Assembly (NCBI GenBank): GCA_010093605.1
Contig: MU004183.1
Location: 2,666,001 to 2,719,435 of the forward strand
DNA length: 53,435 nucleotides
Source: Lophium mytilinum
Taxonomy: Eukaryota
Reading direction: 5' to 3'
A program made the translations under genes and the position numbers. Shown in pieces: positions 26,600 to 40,863 of the stretch. Each line of letters begins with the position of its first letter. Position 1 is the stretch's first letter. Below the pieces are notes generated by a model, which was not told the DNA's origin, searched no databases, and was given only the letters and a program-made list of their open reading frames with translations.

Positions 26600-27470
26600 A
26601 GCGAGTTTAATATAGAGAAAATTAACCTTTAAGAATTACGTGCAGCATAACCTTGCACCGCCGCATTTAACCACTACAACATGAAATAGAGTATGCATGC
26701 AAAGAATAATACTTAGAACGCAATATAATAGCGTTCTATTAACTTTAATTTAATTTACAAGCCGTAGTAGTGGCTTAAGGTAGGTATAGAGAGGCCGCAG
26801 GGTACGCAGGTATAGGATAGAAATTACTTAAAGGGTTTAGCGTAAGAACAGCCTCGCGCTTAAGAATTAGTATAACTACTACTACATATAACTACTATAA
26901 TGTAGCATAGAAGAAATATATAAAGAATTATACATAATACATAATGCAATAGTAATCTATTAACTTAGAATTAATATGCAGGCTATAGTAGTAGTAGCAG
27001 TTATATATAGAGGTAAGATTCTAAATAATAGAAGTTACTTAAAGAGTTTAGCGTAATACTAGCCTTATACTTAATAAAGACCTTAACTAGCGCTATATAG
27101 AACCACTATAATACAAGGTTAAAGATATTTATAAGGAAAATTACTTATTATATAATATAACAGCATTCTAGTAATTTAGAAATATTTTACAGGCTGTAGT
27201 TATAGCTCCAGGTGGGTGCAGAGGGTAAGAGAAGAGGGCGGCCAGCAGCGCAGAGTATAGCCCTATAATTAAGTAGCCTTCTACCGCTGCATATAATAAC
27301 TCCTAGATATTAAGATACTATAATAGAGCTATAATACTATATACAGTATATGCAATTAAATTTAAAGCATTATAAAAAAGGCGAAGTCCTAGTAGTAGGT
27401 GCCTATAGAGGGTAATAGATATAATAGAAAGGGTTTTACATTATAATAGCCTCGCCTTAGTATAGGTTGC
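26600..27470. repeat. Degenerate tandem array of ~200-220 bp units near the left end of X
   Basis: accgccgcatttaaccactac (26657), actactacatataactactat (26878), agcgctatatagaaccactat (27089); gaaattacttaaagggtttagcgtaa (26820) vs gaagttacttaaagagtttagcgtaa (27031). Confidence 0.7.
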
Positions 27471-27849
27471 TACTAGATAGTATTCTTATGTAATAGAAAT
27501 TTTAGCCGCATTAAATAAAATATATAAAGTAAAGGGCAGAATACAGTTTATATAACGTTTATAGATAAAGCAATTAATAGAGCTACTACAGGAAGCCTTT
27601 CTACTAGGGCCCTTCCCTAGCAACCTTAACTAAGTGGCCGTATCCGTAAGGGGTATTAAAACAGGTTAGGCAGAGTAAGCCCCACAACAAGAATATTAAT
27701 AAATTCTTATTTTTAACTAATTATACTCCCTAACCGCTTTCCGCTTCTTAGCTCTATATTCTAAACTATTATCCCCCTTACTACTACACCTAGTAGTTAG
27801 CATAGAACACCCCTAAAAGTACTAGAATAAAGAAGAGCGAAAAGCAGCT

Positions 27850-29760
27850 AAATTACGTTTAATAGTAGATTTAAACCGACGCAAGAGAGATAAAAAGAAG
27901 AGGGCTGCAGACTAAACAGCTGCAGTAAGAGAGGCTAGTAAGCCTACTTCTTCTTCTACCCTAGATCCGTTTCTAATTATCTTTAAAAACCCTAGAGGTC
28001 TTTCTAATATAAATATTAGGGCCCCTTATCCCACCCGCCCTGCGCCCACGCCCTTTTAATAACTAATTACACCTTAAAAGCCTTTAGAGGAAACTATTAT
28101 ACAACTTATAATTAGTATATCTTTTATAATCTTCTAGTATTTACGGTTAGGTTCTAATAAACTTAAGTAGAACCCGTCTTAATAGAAAAATTATTACCTT
28201 CTACCTCTACTTAATCTATATAATATACTTCTCCGCAGCAGTCTACTTATAGTAGTACCTGTTCTACTATTCCTCCTCTATATACCTAACCTACGCAACC
28301 TACGTAATATACTCCTTTATAGCGGTCTACCTATAGTAGTATCTATTCTACTACTCCTCCTCTATCTACTAAACCCACCTAATATTCTACTCTAGGGCGG
28401 GCTACTTATAGCAGTACTTATTCTCTCGCTTCTCTAACCTCTTAACCTATTTAACTAACATAACTTTCTTATACCTAGTAGTCTACTAGCAGTAGTATAC
28501 ACTCTAGTAAGTTAAAAGCGGCCTAATATATACCTGAAATTTAAAGTAATATAGAATTAATAGAAGCTGCAGAGCAAGATTAGAGTAATAGTAGTAAGCA
28601 TGCTATTATATAGACTATTAAGGAAGCAGTAGTTAAAGAAGAAGAAGAAGCGGCTAAAGAAAGCAAAGTAAATAAAGAAGTAGCCTAAGCAGATAAAGAA
28701 GTAGAAGAGGCAGTATTAGAGTTACTATTACCTACATCTTCCGCGTTGTCTCCTTATACACCTGCATTACCACCGCCTCTAGATACTAGAGAGGTATTGC
28801 CCTCTCTATTACTACCTTACAGCGTAGGGACACCTTAGTAAGCCGTAAATAATAATAATAGAGCTCTAGGCTAGGTTCTACCCGCTATACACTATCTCTA
28901 TAAAGCGTTTCTTAAACCCGCAGCTATACTACACATATATATAGGCGTATATACTATTCTTACCCTCTAGAATACCCTATAGATAGCTATAACACTATAT
29001 ATAAGTTTACGCGCTTAATAAACTATAGCGGCTCCTACTCCTATATAACTAGAACTAATAATACAACGCTAAATACTAGCCCTTATTACTATATTACTAC
29101 TCTACGTACTTGCGTAAATAACTAATAAAGAGATTATAGCGGAATTATTCTTAGCGCAATAAAATAAGGCTGTAGAAGTGCTCTCTAGAATAGACGCTAC
29201 AGAATAAATAGATAAGGAGAAAATGCTGGCTAATATAAGTTAGTTTATGCAACTAGCGCACAACAACGGTTGGGTTTAAATAGAGTAGTACGCTGCCTTA
29301 TTATCTCTCCGCCTAACGCCAGTAACCGAGGTCGTAGAAGAGGAATTTACCTAATTTAAGAACAAGGTAGAAGCAGGTGCAGATATAGATAAGGTATTAG
29401 ATAATAGAGTTAAAGAGAGTAGAGAAGGTATATATACGCAAGGATAGCAAGATACTATAGATAAATTACCGGGTTTACTTAATAAAGTTACGCTAGAGAA
29501 TTAAGGCAGTAGGGCAGATAATACAGCCTTAAATAGTAAAGGTAATAGCAAGATTACAAACAAAGTTATAGATAAGATAGACCCTAATAGGTAAGTATTA
29601 TAAGCTCTATAGTTTATATAAAGCTAATATATATAGGTATAATAATCTATTAGTAAATACTCTATATATAGTAAGTATAATCTAATTAGCATTAGAAGTC
29701 TAGTATACTTACTATATATCTTAACTCTTTCTATTTAGATAATATAGTAGCTAATATTAT
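27850..29760 (+). pseudogene. RIP-inactivated ORF of X, low-complexity/acidic protein of unknown function
   Basis: Readable frame with EAVVKEEEEAAKE near 28620, ~84-bp internal repeats at 28241/28325/28401, intron-like gtaagt...gctaat...tag at ~29590-29636. Boundaries approximate. Confidence 0.4.
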
Positions 29761-29789
29761 AATATAGCAAGTAACTATACAATAGTTCC

Positions 29790-32480
29790 TTAGAGTAGAT
29801 CTCTTAGCCAAGTTACTAGCTTTCTTCTAGCTTAGAACCTTCCCTCCTAATAAGAGCCTATTATAGCTAATACAGCCTTCTATTTAATAAGCCAACTAGA
29901 GCTATTATAGAGAGAGGATAATCCTAACAACTTTAATAATGTCCCATAGAAATTAATATTAAGTAGAGAAACTAGTAATATAGAAACTCTAAGGCTTAGT
30001 TTTATAAGGTCTAAAGCTAGCTTTATAGCAAATAAAGAGATTAAAATCTAGCAAGTATATAATATTAATAGCGTTATTATTAGCATCTCTACTTTAGCGG
30101 CCTATAATTTATACTTCTTACTATCTCTATAACTATCCTTTCTCTAAAGCATTACTTAAAACTAACGCATTATAATACGCGGCTATAAGCTCTATATAAT
30201 AAAGCAGCTTTATATAGAGTATAGGTATAAGCATTAATTTAAAACTCACGTGTTTTTCCCCTAGATACCGACACTAAATAAGTAGAAGGGCGACACTTTA
30301 CATCTACTAGATATAATGCAAGCAGCTTAGCTTAATAATATTATCTTACCTACAGTAAAGCATACTCTAATACCCGATAAGTAGCAGTATATACTATACA
30401 GTTTCAATATTATATAGGGTAAAGTAAGCGTTAAGAAAGAAAAATATACAACATTATCTAGAGACTCTTATATTAATACTAAGTATACAATTCTATAGTA
30501 TTAACTCTAAGAATTCTAGAACTAAGTTCTTTATAATATAGAAAACTTTACAGGAATAGATACTATACCTAAAGATTTATTTAAAGAAGTATTCCTAGTA
30601 GTCTTAAGTTATAATCTAAAAATAGTATATAAGTCCTTAAGTATAATTTAAAGCAGAGATTAGCTACTATATACTTTAACTACTACTTTTAATAAAAACC
30701 TAATTAATATGCTAGATAAGGGGATATAGGTTAACTATAGATATAAAGATGTCCCAACTACTAATTAGCTAGATACCGGGGTTACCCTTCTACGCAAAAC
30801 TAGCTACAATAACTACTAGGCCACTTACTTCTATAACGGTGGAAAAGAAAAGATTTATATAATATTATACCCCTACCATCTTACCTAGGGCGCATTATCT
30901 CTAACGGTAGAGCTCTAAGCAGGTAACTATAGCCGTATTAGTAGTATAGCATATAATAAAATCTATAATAGTAATAAGATTATGCTTAAGTTACCTATTA
31001 AGAATATTACGCCCTTTTATAATACTTAACTAGAAGCTCTTACATTCTTAACTAAAATAATTAAGTAGTAGTTTAAAGTGGCAGGTAGCTCTAGAGGATT
31101 ATTAAAAAGAAAATAGCTTTAGAATAGTCTTGCTACTATTCTCTAACGCCACTATACTATACTCTAGAGAGACAGATACTTATCCTATAGGGTTTAAACC
31201 GAGTTCCAAGTACTTCTTACTATACTTAAGCAACTTAAAGAAAGCGCAAGTCCTAAATTCACTATAAAGAATAGGCTAAATAATAGTAGTAAGCCTTATT
31301 ACCCCTACTAGGTTCTTTCTATAGAAGAAGTTAATGCCTTTACTATTATAAACCTTAATTACTAGGTATTTCTTTTCTAGGTACTATCTCTTTAGGTTAC
31401 CCCCGGGCGTAATACTAGGCATATAGCAACACTAGATAAACAGCTAGTAAATAGTTATTTAGCATCTCTTTATATCCGCCTTACGCAAATTACTACTAGA
31501 TGTAGTAATTCTACTTAATTATCCGTACTATAGAAAAAAGAGTAGATAAATTAAAAAGACCCCTAGAATCCTATAACCTTATATAGCCTTAGGTTATTAG
31601 ACTCCCTTAAGAAGTATAGCATAGCTTAGCTAAAGTTAGAGTACTTAGATTAGATAACAACGCCCCTATAACTTAGCCCTTAAGGCGTTAATTGACTGCA
31701 AGCCGGCCTTAGAAATTAATTCCAAGCTATATTTACTAAAGCTTAGATCTAGGTATCTCTTACTAGAGAGGATATAGAGATGTAGTATCTATAGTATAGT
31801 ATTATAGCATAGTACACGCTAGCTATTTAACACAAAAATAGGACTAAAGTGCAAAAAGATTAGCGATTAGCACCGCTATAGATGGGTAAGGCAGCTGCGC
31901 TTATTATTAAGGCATACTATACCAATATATATAAGCTTCTAAGTAGACAGTATATAGAAGAAGATAGAAATACTAAAATATAATAGGAGAGTAAAGAACT
32001 ACGCAACTAATTTCTTAAGAGTATTCTAAATAGATCTATAGTTACGCTTTATTCTAACATACTTATAAAGCTATATAGAAAGTTAGAACTTATAGTAAGC
32101 TACACCTATATATAGAATATAGCTAGAAATAGTAATATAAATTATCTAAGGCACTTAACTAGACGCTAGATTAATTAAGTCTAGCCGCTATTTAACATTA
32201 CAGATCCAGCTGCAGAAACTTAAAAATAGAACAACAGTTCCTTCCGCATAAAATTGCGAAGATTAAATGCAATAATTAGAAACAAAGCGTTACTAAAAAC
32301 AGTAGAATAATTCCTTAATAATCTATAAGTAAGAGCCGCCTTATTACTCTAGGTTCTTCTAAGATACAATAATAACAAAATTTTAACCACGCGTTAAGCT
32401 AAATAAAATAACTCTAAAGATACATAAGATAATATTAGGGGAAGAGATGTAATTATAAATATATAGTAGATCTATATATA
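29790..32480 (+). pseudogene. RIP-inactivated large ORF of X (~850-900 codons), family not identified
   Basis: Long frame whose stops are at RIP-type codons in the parts translated; reverted motifs YDIDSV, HVFFP, WVDxGYEDVP, KIYNxxK, SYGVRTEFQV. Ends approximate. Confidence 0.55.
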
Positions 32481-32502
32481 ACTACTAAATAGCTACTACT
32501 AT

Positions 32503-32693
32503 TATTAGGGCTTAAGGTTAAAACGTTGGATTAAATAGTATTAATATTAACAAAAGATAAATACAAGAGAGAAAGAGGTTCCTAGAACGGACGTTGTAAT
32601 AACCTAAAGGGCGGAGCAACATTCGCCTATTCTATAGAGCCTTCATTACGTGACCTCTAGTTACGTATTATGCGCAATTATATAGCTATAACA
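32503..32693 (-). repeat. 3' LTR of gypsy B
   Basis: tattagggc...ctataaca; direct repeat of 40864-41054. Confidence 0.93.
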
Positions 32694-35600
32694 CGTCTCC
32701 CCCCTCTAAAGAAGCCCCCTAATTAAAGCCTTCGTAAGAGAGAGTTCTTTCTATGCTAGAGTATCTATAACCACTTAAATATCTATTAAATAAAGTGCCC
32801 AATCGTGTTACAACTTAAGTAAACAAAGGAAATAAATTAATTTTGTAGAGGATCGCTTATCCTTCCTATTTTTCATGCAGCCTTCCGCAGCCTTACTATT
32901 TAGTGTAGTGTCTAACCGACTCTAACAGTTTGCCAGTATTACCTCGCGCAGTGCCATCTTATTATTCATTTAAACTGGGGCCGGCTATAACAGGGCCGTA
33001 AGAAGCTATATAGCCTTTATAGCTGCTAGCCTACTACTAGGTACTTATAATAATCTGCGCTATTATATCGCATTTAATTATTGCGCACGTCCGCGGTTAG
33101 GCCTCCTTAATAAATTAATTTAACCGCCAGTCTAGTAATTAAGTTACGTAGCTTCCGCAGCGTTAGTTATACGGAGGTCCATAGCGGCGAGGATAGCAGC
33201 TAAGGTTAGTTTCTAGTCTAATAGTGGTATAAATAACGGGTAAGGTTCTAGCTTCTTAGAGTAGTAGTAGTAGAAGTCTACTATAAGATATAGATAACTA
33301 TCGGCATAATTATAGTTATTCTATTAGGGTTTATTATCCCATCCAATAAACTTAATTTTATATTGCAGCATGCCCCTTTTCCCTATAGCAGGGTTAAGTT
33401 ATCTTCTATTAAGACGGTAGTTAACAACCTCCTTAGCGTTACCTTTCTAATACGTTGGCGTTATCTATATAGGTAGAGGCTTAGAATTACGCTATCCTTT
33501 TATAGGAACTACGTTAGCCGGGTGGAGTAGCCAAGAATAGAAGATAGGGTGTAGGTTTTCTATACCCTTAGGTAGCTTAAGTTTATATGCGCTGCCGTTT
33601 TCATAGCTTTCTAGAACTTTAAAGGGGCCCAGCTTCTTAAAGTTAAGCTTCTTATTTAGGCGGTTCATTTTAATAAACTATCTATTAAGTATAACTTAAT
33701 CGCCTAGATAATATATATATGCTAGTCGTCGTCCTGCGTTAGTATACTCTTTTTACTTAGCTTAGGCCCACTTAATCTCTATACAGAGAAAGGCGCAAAG
33801 CTTATCTATCCTAGCAACAAATTTGTCTGCAAGCTTTATAAGACGAACTGTTAGCGCGTTTGCATTATCGGGCAGTTATGCAGCTAGTATAGTGCCTGCG
33901 CTAGGAATATAGCCCTTAGTAGCTATAAATAGCGCTACTCCTATAGAGGCGTTCTTTAATAAGTTAGCCTTAAATTTAGCAACAGCAAGGAAGTTACACT
34001 AGTTATCTTGCTAGTAGTTAATGTATGCCCTAAGGTATTACTTCAAGCCTATGTTAGCAACTTCTGTTTATCCATCTATCTTAGAATAGAACGCTGTAGA
34101 AAGCTTTAGTTTTATTCCAATGCATTTACATAGGTGGGACTAGAAGGTTAATATAAATTATAATCCGCGATTAGATATAATAGACTCTAGGTATTCTTTA
34201 GTGCGCTAGACCTATTCTAGAAAGGCTTATGCTACTTCTTTAGCCTCCGTTATTACCATTAGAATAAACTTGCGCATCTTAGAAAGTCTATTAATAACCA
34301 CTATAACGTATTAGTAGTCTTATCCAGCTTGTATACATTTAGGCAGTAGGCCAATAAAGTTAACCGTAAGGTTAGTCTAATATCGTTCAGGAATTAGCAG
34401 TAGTTTAAGAAAACCTTGCTTTACCTCTTATGCGTGCTTAATGCGATCACATAGCTAGCAGGCCTTAATATAACAGTCGACGTTAGAGGTTATTCGTGGC
34501 TAGAAATAGTACGTTGAGACACGGTCGTAAGTAGACGTAGTTCTACTATAACTAACTAGCGGAGGCTTATATAGGCTTTTAATAATAGCTAATTAGAGTT
34601 CCTCTTTTATAGAAATGTATAAGCGGTCTTTTTAAATAAAAATAAGGCCGTTATAAATTATACAGTCATGGAGTTTAAGCTTAACACTATAATTTTTAAC
34701 TATGTCAGTAGGGAGGCGGCGTAGCTTAGCTCCGATAGCGTCTTTAATAGCGTTGGCAACAGTGTTATTAGTAAGGGCCTCTCGTATACAATCCACAATG
34801 TCTTATTCTACGGCACCATTAGCAGGGTTATTCTATAACTCCCCCTGCCTACCTAGTAGCTCCTATAGTTTATTATTAAGGTTACTCTAAGACTCCCCTT
34901 AATTAAGTTCTATTTTACTAAGGTTATATATTATTGCTACAAGGGAGACTACGTTATAAGTCACGCCGTTAGTTATAATGTTAGCTAGTTTAATAGCGTA
35001 ATGCATTCCTAGTTTAAGATTATAGTCCTTTAAGATGGTTTATTACTAAATCTTATAGCGCTTGTTGTTTTCGTCCGGTATATTACCTGGGCGCCTAGTT
35101 AGCAGGTCAGCTTTACTATTATCCTTGCCTGGCCTGTATATAATCTAGAAGTTAAACTTAGAGAGAAATTTAGCCTATCTAGCCTATTATTAGTTAAGTT
35201 GCTTAGTCTCTATAAAGTATTATAGGGTCCAGTAATCTAAAAGGACTTTAATAGAATTACTATGCCCGTAGCCGGCAAGTTCTATGCGCCATTCTTTAAA
35301 GGCGCGGACGATTACTAGAAGTTCTTTATTATAGATTTAATAATTAAGTTAAGCTGCGCTCATTTAGTAAGACATAAACGCGATAGGGCGGAGGACTCCG
35401 TTAGCTTACATTTAAGATAGTATAGCGGCCGTAACAGTGTTAGATACATTACATTCCACCTACGTCTCTAGGTCTAGATTAAAATAAGCCATCTAAGAAG
35501 CGTTAACAAACGCTTGTTTTATTTATTTAAATAAAAAGTCTTTAGAGCTGCCTTCCTACTATAGAAAGGCAAACCACTTATAGACCTCAGCCCTAGTAAG

Positions 35601-38600
35601 TCTTATAAGGGGTCCTGCAATATTAGAATAGGCGACAATAAATCGCTAGTAGAAATTATAGAAGCCTAGGAAAGCTTATATATTACAGAGGTTCCGTAGT
35701 TATAGCTAGTTAACTACTGTTTTAACTTTAGCTGGATCTATTTTTAGGCCATTAATGCTAATAATAACGCCTAGATATTTAACTTCCTGTTTATAGAATT
35801 CACACTTAGTAATATTAAGGAAGAGGCCGGCCTTGCGGAGTCGCTGGAGAACCTTCTTAACGTGGCCTACGTGTTCCTCCAACGTCTTACTAAAGATAAG
35901 GATATTATTAAGATAGGCCGTGCAGAAATCATTAAGGTATTTAAGCAGAATATTATTAATAAAGGCCTAGAAGGTCGCTGGAGCGTTACACAGGCCAAAA
36001 GGCAAGACAGTGAATTCAAATAGGCTATATCTTGTAAGAAAAGCCGTATATTTCTTATCTCCTTCTCATATTCTAATGGCATTAAAAGCGGCTATAACGT
36101 CAAACTTCGTATAATACCTAGCGTGTTTTAATAGCGCAAGTGTGTCTTTTATAGCCGGCGGAACATTACAAGCTTTAATTGTAACAGCGTTAAGGCCTTA
36201 ATAGTCTACGTAAATGCAAAGGCCTCCTCCTAGTTTGCGGACAATAATAATAGGAGCGGCGTATTAACTATTACTTTTCCTAATATATCCTTTGCCATAC
36301 ATCTCGTTAATAAACGTTTTAACAACTAGCGTTTCGTCTCGTAAGAGCCTATAGACTTTTCAGGCTAGGGCCTTAGTTCCTAGCTTAATATTAATGTAGT
36401 GGTTAATATTAGTACCATCCTTTACTTTACGCCGGGGTAGAAGCTTATTAGCTTCCTTTAGGTCCTATATATTAAGAAAGCTATAGTATTCTATAGGTAC
36501 CAGTACTTTAAGTGCATCACAAGTTATTAGCTTGCGTTCCATTTTCTTAAAGAACTTTTGTTAGTTATCTTTTAACATTGCGTAGAGGCTAATAGCTGCA
36601 AGGTTATTAGTAAAGTTAGCTGGACCCATAACCTTGTTAGGTTTGTACGGGCGTCCATTAGCGTGCGCTTAGTCTTCCGCTTTTTTATTAGCGAGCGCTA
36701 GTTCAAAGTATTTAGGCCAGATGTAAATAGTGTTCTCTTCTAGTAACTATTGTAAATTATACAAGCACTCGTCGCTAGACACGGCGTTAATATCGAGCGC
36801 TTTAAAGGCCGCGAGCTAGGCGTCGAGTTTCTACTAAAATAGGCGTTTACCGGTGCGGGCTATAGGGTCCTTTAACTAAACGTAGACAGGTTTATAGTTA
36901 ACTAGGCATTAAGAACAGTAGTAGTCTAAATCTAGCTATATTATTTAGGTACTAAACTTTATATAAGCGTTGTGCATTATAAGCCAGCCCATGCTAAGAA
37001 TAATATTATAGCCCTTAAGGTTATAGATTAGAGCCTAGAACTTATTATAGTGGCCTTTAATCTACATAGTAACTTTAGCTGCCTTATTAATAACTAATAT
37101 AGAACTGTTTAGCAGCTTAACGTTGCATAGAGTGGCTTTACAGACGTTAAGCTTATACTATTTTATAAAGCTTATAGAAACGAATATAAAGCCGCCGCAT
37201 CTAGAGTCTATAAGAACAGTTAATTTAACCGTTCCGGTTAAAGTAATAATCTTGCAGTTAAAGTCCATTTGCTTGCTAGAAAGAGAAGTAAGTCTAATAG
37301 CGCATGCGGAGAGCTTAATATTAGGTGGTTTTAGAGAAGGTAGCTTAAGCTCTTAAATACGTGCAAGAACTTAAGCTAGCGTGTCTTCTAACTATCTCTA
37401 ACGACGACTTTCATTAGAGATTAAGCATTTTCCAAGTAGTCGGAATGGACGGCTTTATTATTGTCGTCTTAATCTTAGTCATCCTCGTATTTATACTTAT
37501 ATTAGTACTCCTAATCGCTACCGTAGTTAAACGCGTTAAGTTCTATACTATTAATGCCAGCAGCAGCAAGGCGCTTATCGCGCTAAGCCTCTAATATAGT
37601 CTTTCCAGCTATGGCGCATTTAGGGTTACTAGCTCGGTGGTTCTTCTTAAAGCAGCCGAAGTAACGTCCTTTCTTACTAAGACGCAGGCGGACGTGCGGT
37701 GGGACGCTCAGCAGCGGAACAGTAGTAGTCTTCTTAACTATAATGCAATTATTAGTCTTAGTAATAGACTACTTACGTTGGGCGCGGTTTAAATCTTAAC
37801 GGCTATCCTGCGTATGTGCGTTATTTAAGCGGCGTACTAAAATTTATGCTGCTAGAAGCTTATCCTTAAGTCGCTTTTTACGCTAAATACAATGTTAGTC
37901 TTTATATAGGATATTATCTTTTACCTAATACTATATAGGTAGGTTAAAGTTAATATAGGTAGATAGATCTATGCGCAGTATTTCCTTAAGATAGCGGTAA
38001 CAAGTTACAAGGCCGTTGTTAATCTTACTGTACTTTAGCCCGTTAAGAACAACGTCAAGACGTTATAGAAAGTCAGACGTCTTCTCGTTAGAACGCTATT
38101 TTATGCCCTAGCTATTAAGCTAATTAAGAAGGCAATTACAACGCACGGCATTACTCTCTTAGAATGTGGCGTCTAGGTCCTAGGTAAGTTTCTTAAGTAA
38201 ACGATACGGGTTAGTAGATATAAGGAGTCCTTAATCTTCTACAACTTTATATGCGCGCCCCTTATAATAACTAACAGCAAGCTGGATTTAAGTTATAGTA
38301 GTGGGGTAAGTCTACTAGTCTACTTAGACTAAGTAGATTAGGTAGTTCTTCTAGGCTGCGTATGCTATAGCTCCTAATTTAAAGTCCCACAGGTATGTAT
38401 ATTTAGGGCGAGGGCCCTATTATTATCTATATTAAGGATAGATAGGTCCGTATACCTATAGCTAAGTAAAGCTATCTAGTTAGCTTAGGTTTAGGTTATC
38501 TCTACCTCTACCTCCACCTCTACCTGTGGTGAAGTATTAGCCTAAAACGCAATTACATTAGAAATTATCTAGGTTTAGAGTGTATAGTCCTGTTAGTAGG

Positions 38601-40863
38601 GGAGAAGAGTAATTATCTACGGAATTATAGTTAGATAGATGTCCGTATAGGTCCGCATACGTGTTGCTAGGTCATTCTACGGGCAAGTTGTAACGAAGTT
38701 AGGCTTTAAGCTAAGTAATTCAGTCTAAGGCTTATTAGTGTATAACATCTAGCTTGTTAAGCTAAGCTATCTAAGCTTAGAACTAGGCGTGCTTCTTATC
38801 CCGCCTACAACGCACTTATACTAAGTCTATCTTTAAGGCTTCTAGTATATTGCTAAGGGTGCAAACTTATATATAAAGCTTAGAGAGTTTACCGTTAGTA
38901 AGTAAATATTTCTTGTTTAGCTCTTTAATAGTAGTGTTGGCAGTATCTTATTCTCGGGTGGCGACGTTTATTCTATGCTTATAGTTGTTGCTATCTTAGT
39001 AAGCTAGCATAATGCAGTTCTACTACTATTTAGGTGTAAGTTAGACGTCTTTAATAAGGTCTTATGGACCTTGTAGTTTATATTACTAGTAGACGCCGTC
39101 TCCATAGCGCATCTTAAAGATAGAGCCATTAGCGCGCTGCGCGATTGCAAGACATAACCGCTAGCAATCCTCCGCGCGTATTATAGTATAGTGCCTACTA
39201 CTCTATTCTATGCCCGCTACTTACTGGGCTAGGTCGGAAGTATTAAGTCCCGTAATGGATTTAACGCGGGTAGATTAGTATTATAACGGAGACATATTAG
39301 GTAAGAGAATACTATAAATAGGTAGTATTCTTAGATATTTAGGGTCGCGCGACTAAAGGTTAGATTTAGAAACAGTGTTATAATATGCCGTAGCTTTAGG
39401 GGTGTTAATAGTAACGCCTTAATAGGCTGTCTCGAGCTAATTAACTTCGTCGTCTGCGTTATTGCTAAACTGTCGTTCCTCCTCTTATTAGTTATATTCA
39501 TCGGCCGAATTAAAGTTAGAGAAAGAATCCTTACTATAGGCGGCAGTTATATTATTAAGGCCGGTAGTAGTATCCTTAAGTCCTTTAGGTAAATTAAAGT
39601 CGCCCGGTATATAGCTACTAACGCGGGAGAGTAGAAGTATGGTTTCCTCTACTATAGTTGCTGCTAGAGGGGCTAAGGTAATTAGTAGGGGCTTGCCTAT
39701 AGTACTAAACTTAGTCTAATAATATTACAGATTAGCGGGTGTTACTAGAGGAGCTGGTCCAATAAATAGAACTAATTAAGAAGTGGCAGCTAGTGTCTAT
39801 AACTAGGATTAAGTCGCGCCTTAGAAGGGTGGAATTAATAGTTAAATAAGAGAAGGCTGTAGGCCATAATTAATCTATATTATATTATTATTATTATCTC
39901 CTATAAGAAGGTGCTATAGATTTAGGGCGCCTTCTTAATGTAACATAATGCTAATGCGGCGGGGGTTAATAGGAATGCTATTGGCGTCGCTAAATAGGCG
40001 TCTAGTAGTGGAGCGTCCACTAGAGACCGAGTTGCTAAACTGTAGGGCTTTAGCGCGGTTAAAAGTATAGCGGTTAGAGTTAGCCATGCAAGGAGGTAAA
40101 AAAGTTAGTGTAGGAGGAAGAAAACTTAAAGGGGCGAGGTGTTGAATTTATATATGAGCCGTTGACAAATTTTAGTTATTTACTACGAGCACCGGCGGCG
40201 TAGAAGGCTTAAGAAACTAGCGCCTATTACAGTTAGTCGCGGCGTTATTAGAGGAGCTGTAGTAAATAATAATATTAGGTGGTCTATTTATAAAACGGGT
40301 AGTATATAGAAAATAGGTAGTCTATAGATATTTATTCTATAACGCTAAGCATGCATATAGGCTAGCTGTTATTAATACTAAGCTTTCTAGGTGTTAGTCT
40401 CCATGTGGGCATAGCAATTAATTAGTAACACTAGGCGCGCGCACGCGCTATTATTAATACTAAGCTTTCCGGGCATTAGTCTCTATACGGTAATAGCAAA
40501 GTAGATAAAAGAAAGAGTTGCAGAGCCGTTAAAGTAATAGACAAGAATTAGTAAGAACTTTCTAGAGTGCTGCTACTACCCCTCTATTATGGGGGCTTAT
40601 TATAAGCGCTGCCATAGTTATAAGGTCTATTATCCAGCTTTGCGCACAATAGCTAGATTACTTTATTAGGGGCCCGCGGCGCTGCTAATAGGTGTACTAC
40701 ATTATTAAGTATAGTCTTTATTAGGGGTCCGCGACGCTGCTAATAGTCGCTATATTAGTAGGTATAAGTATACTACAGCTTATTATAAGAGCGCACTCTA
40801 TTACGGAAAATTTTCTAGGGGTTGCTTCTGTCGCTCCCGGAAGCTAGGAGGGTATTTATCTTA

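Noticed and set aside
34217..34235. tagaaaggctt inside gypsy B resembling the X palindrome
   Set aside because: Only part of the core, with no arms; explained by integrase codons.
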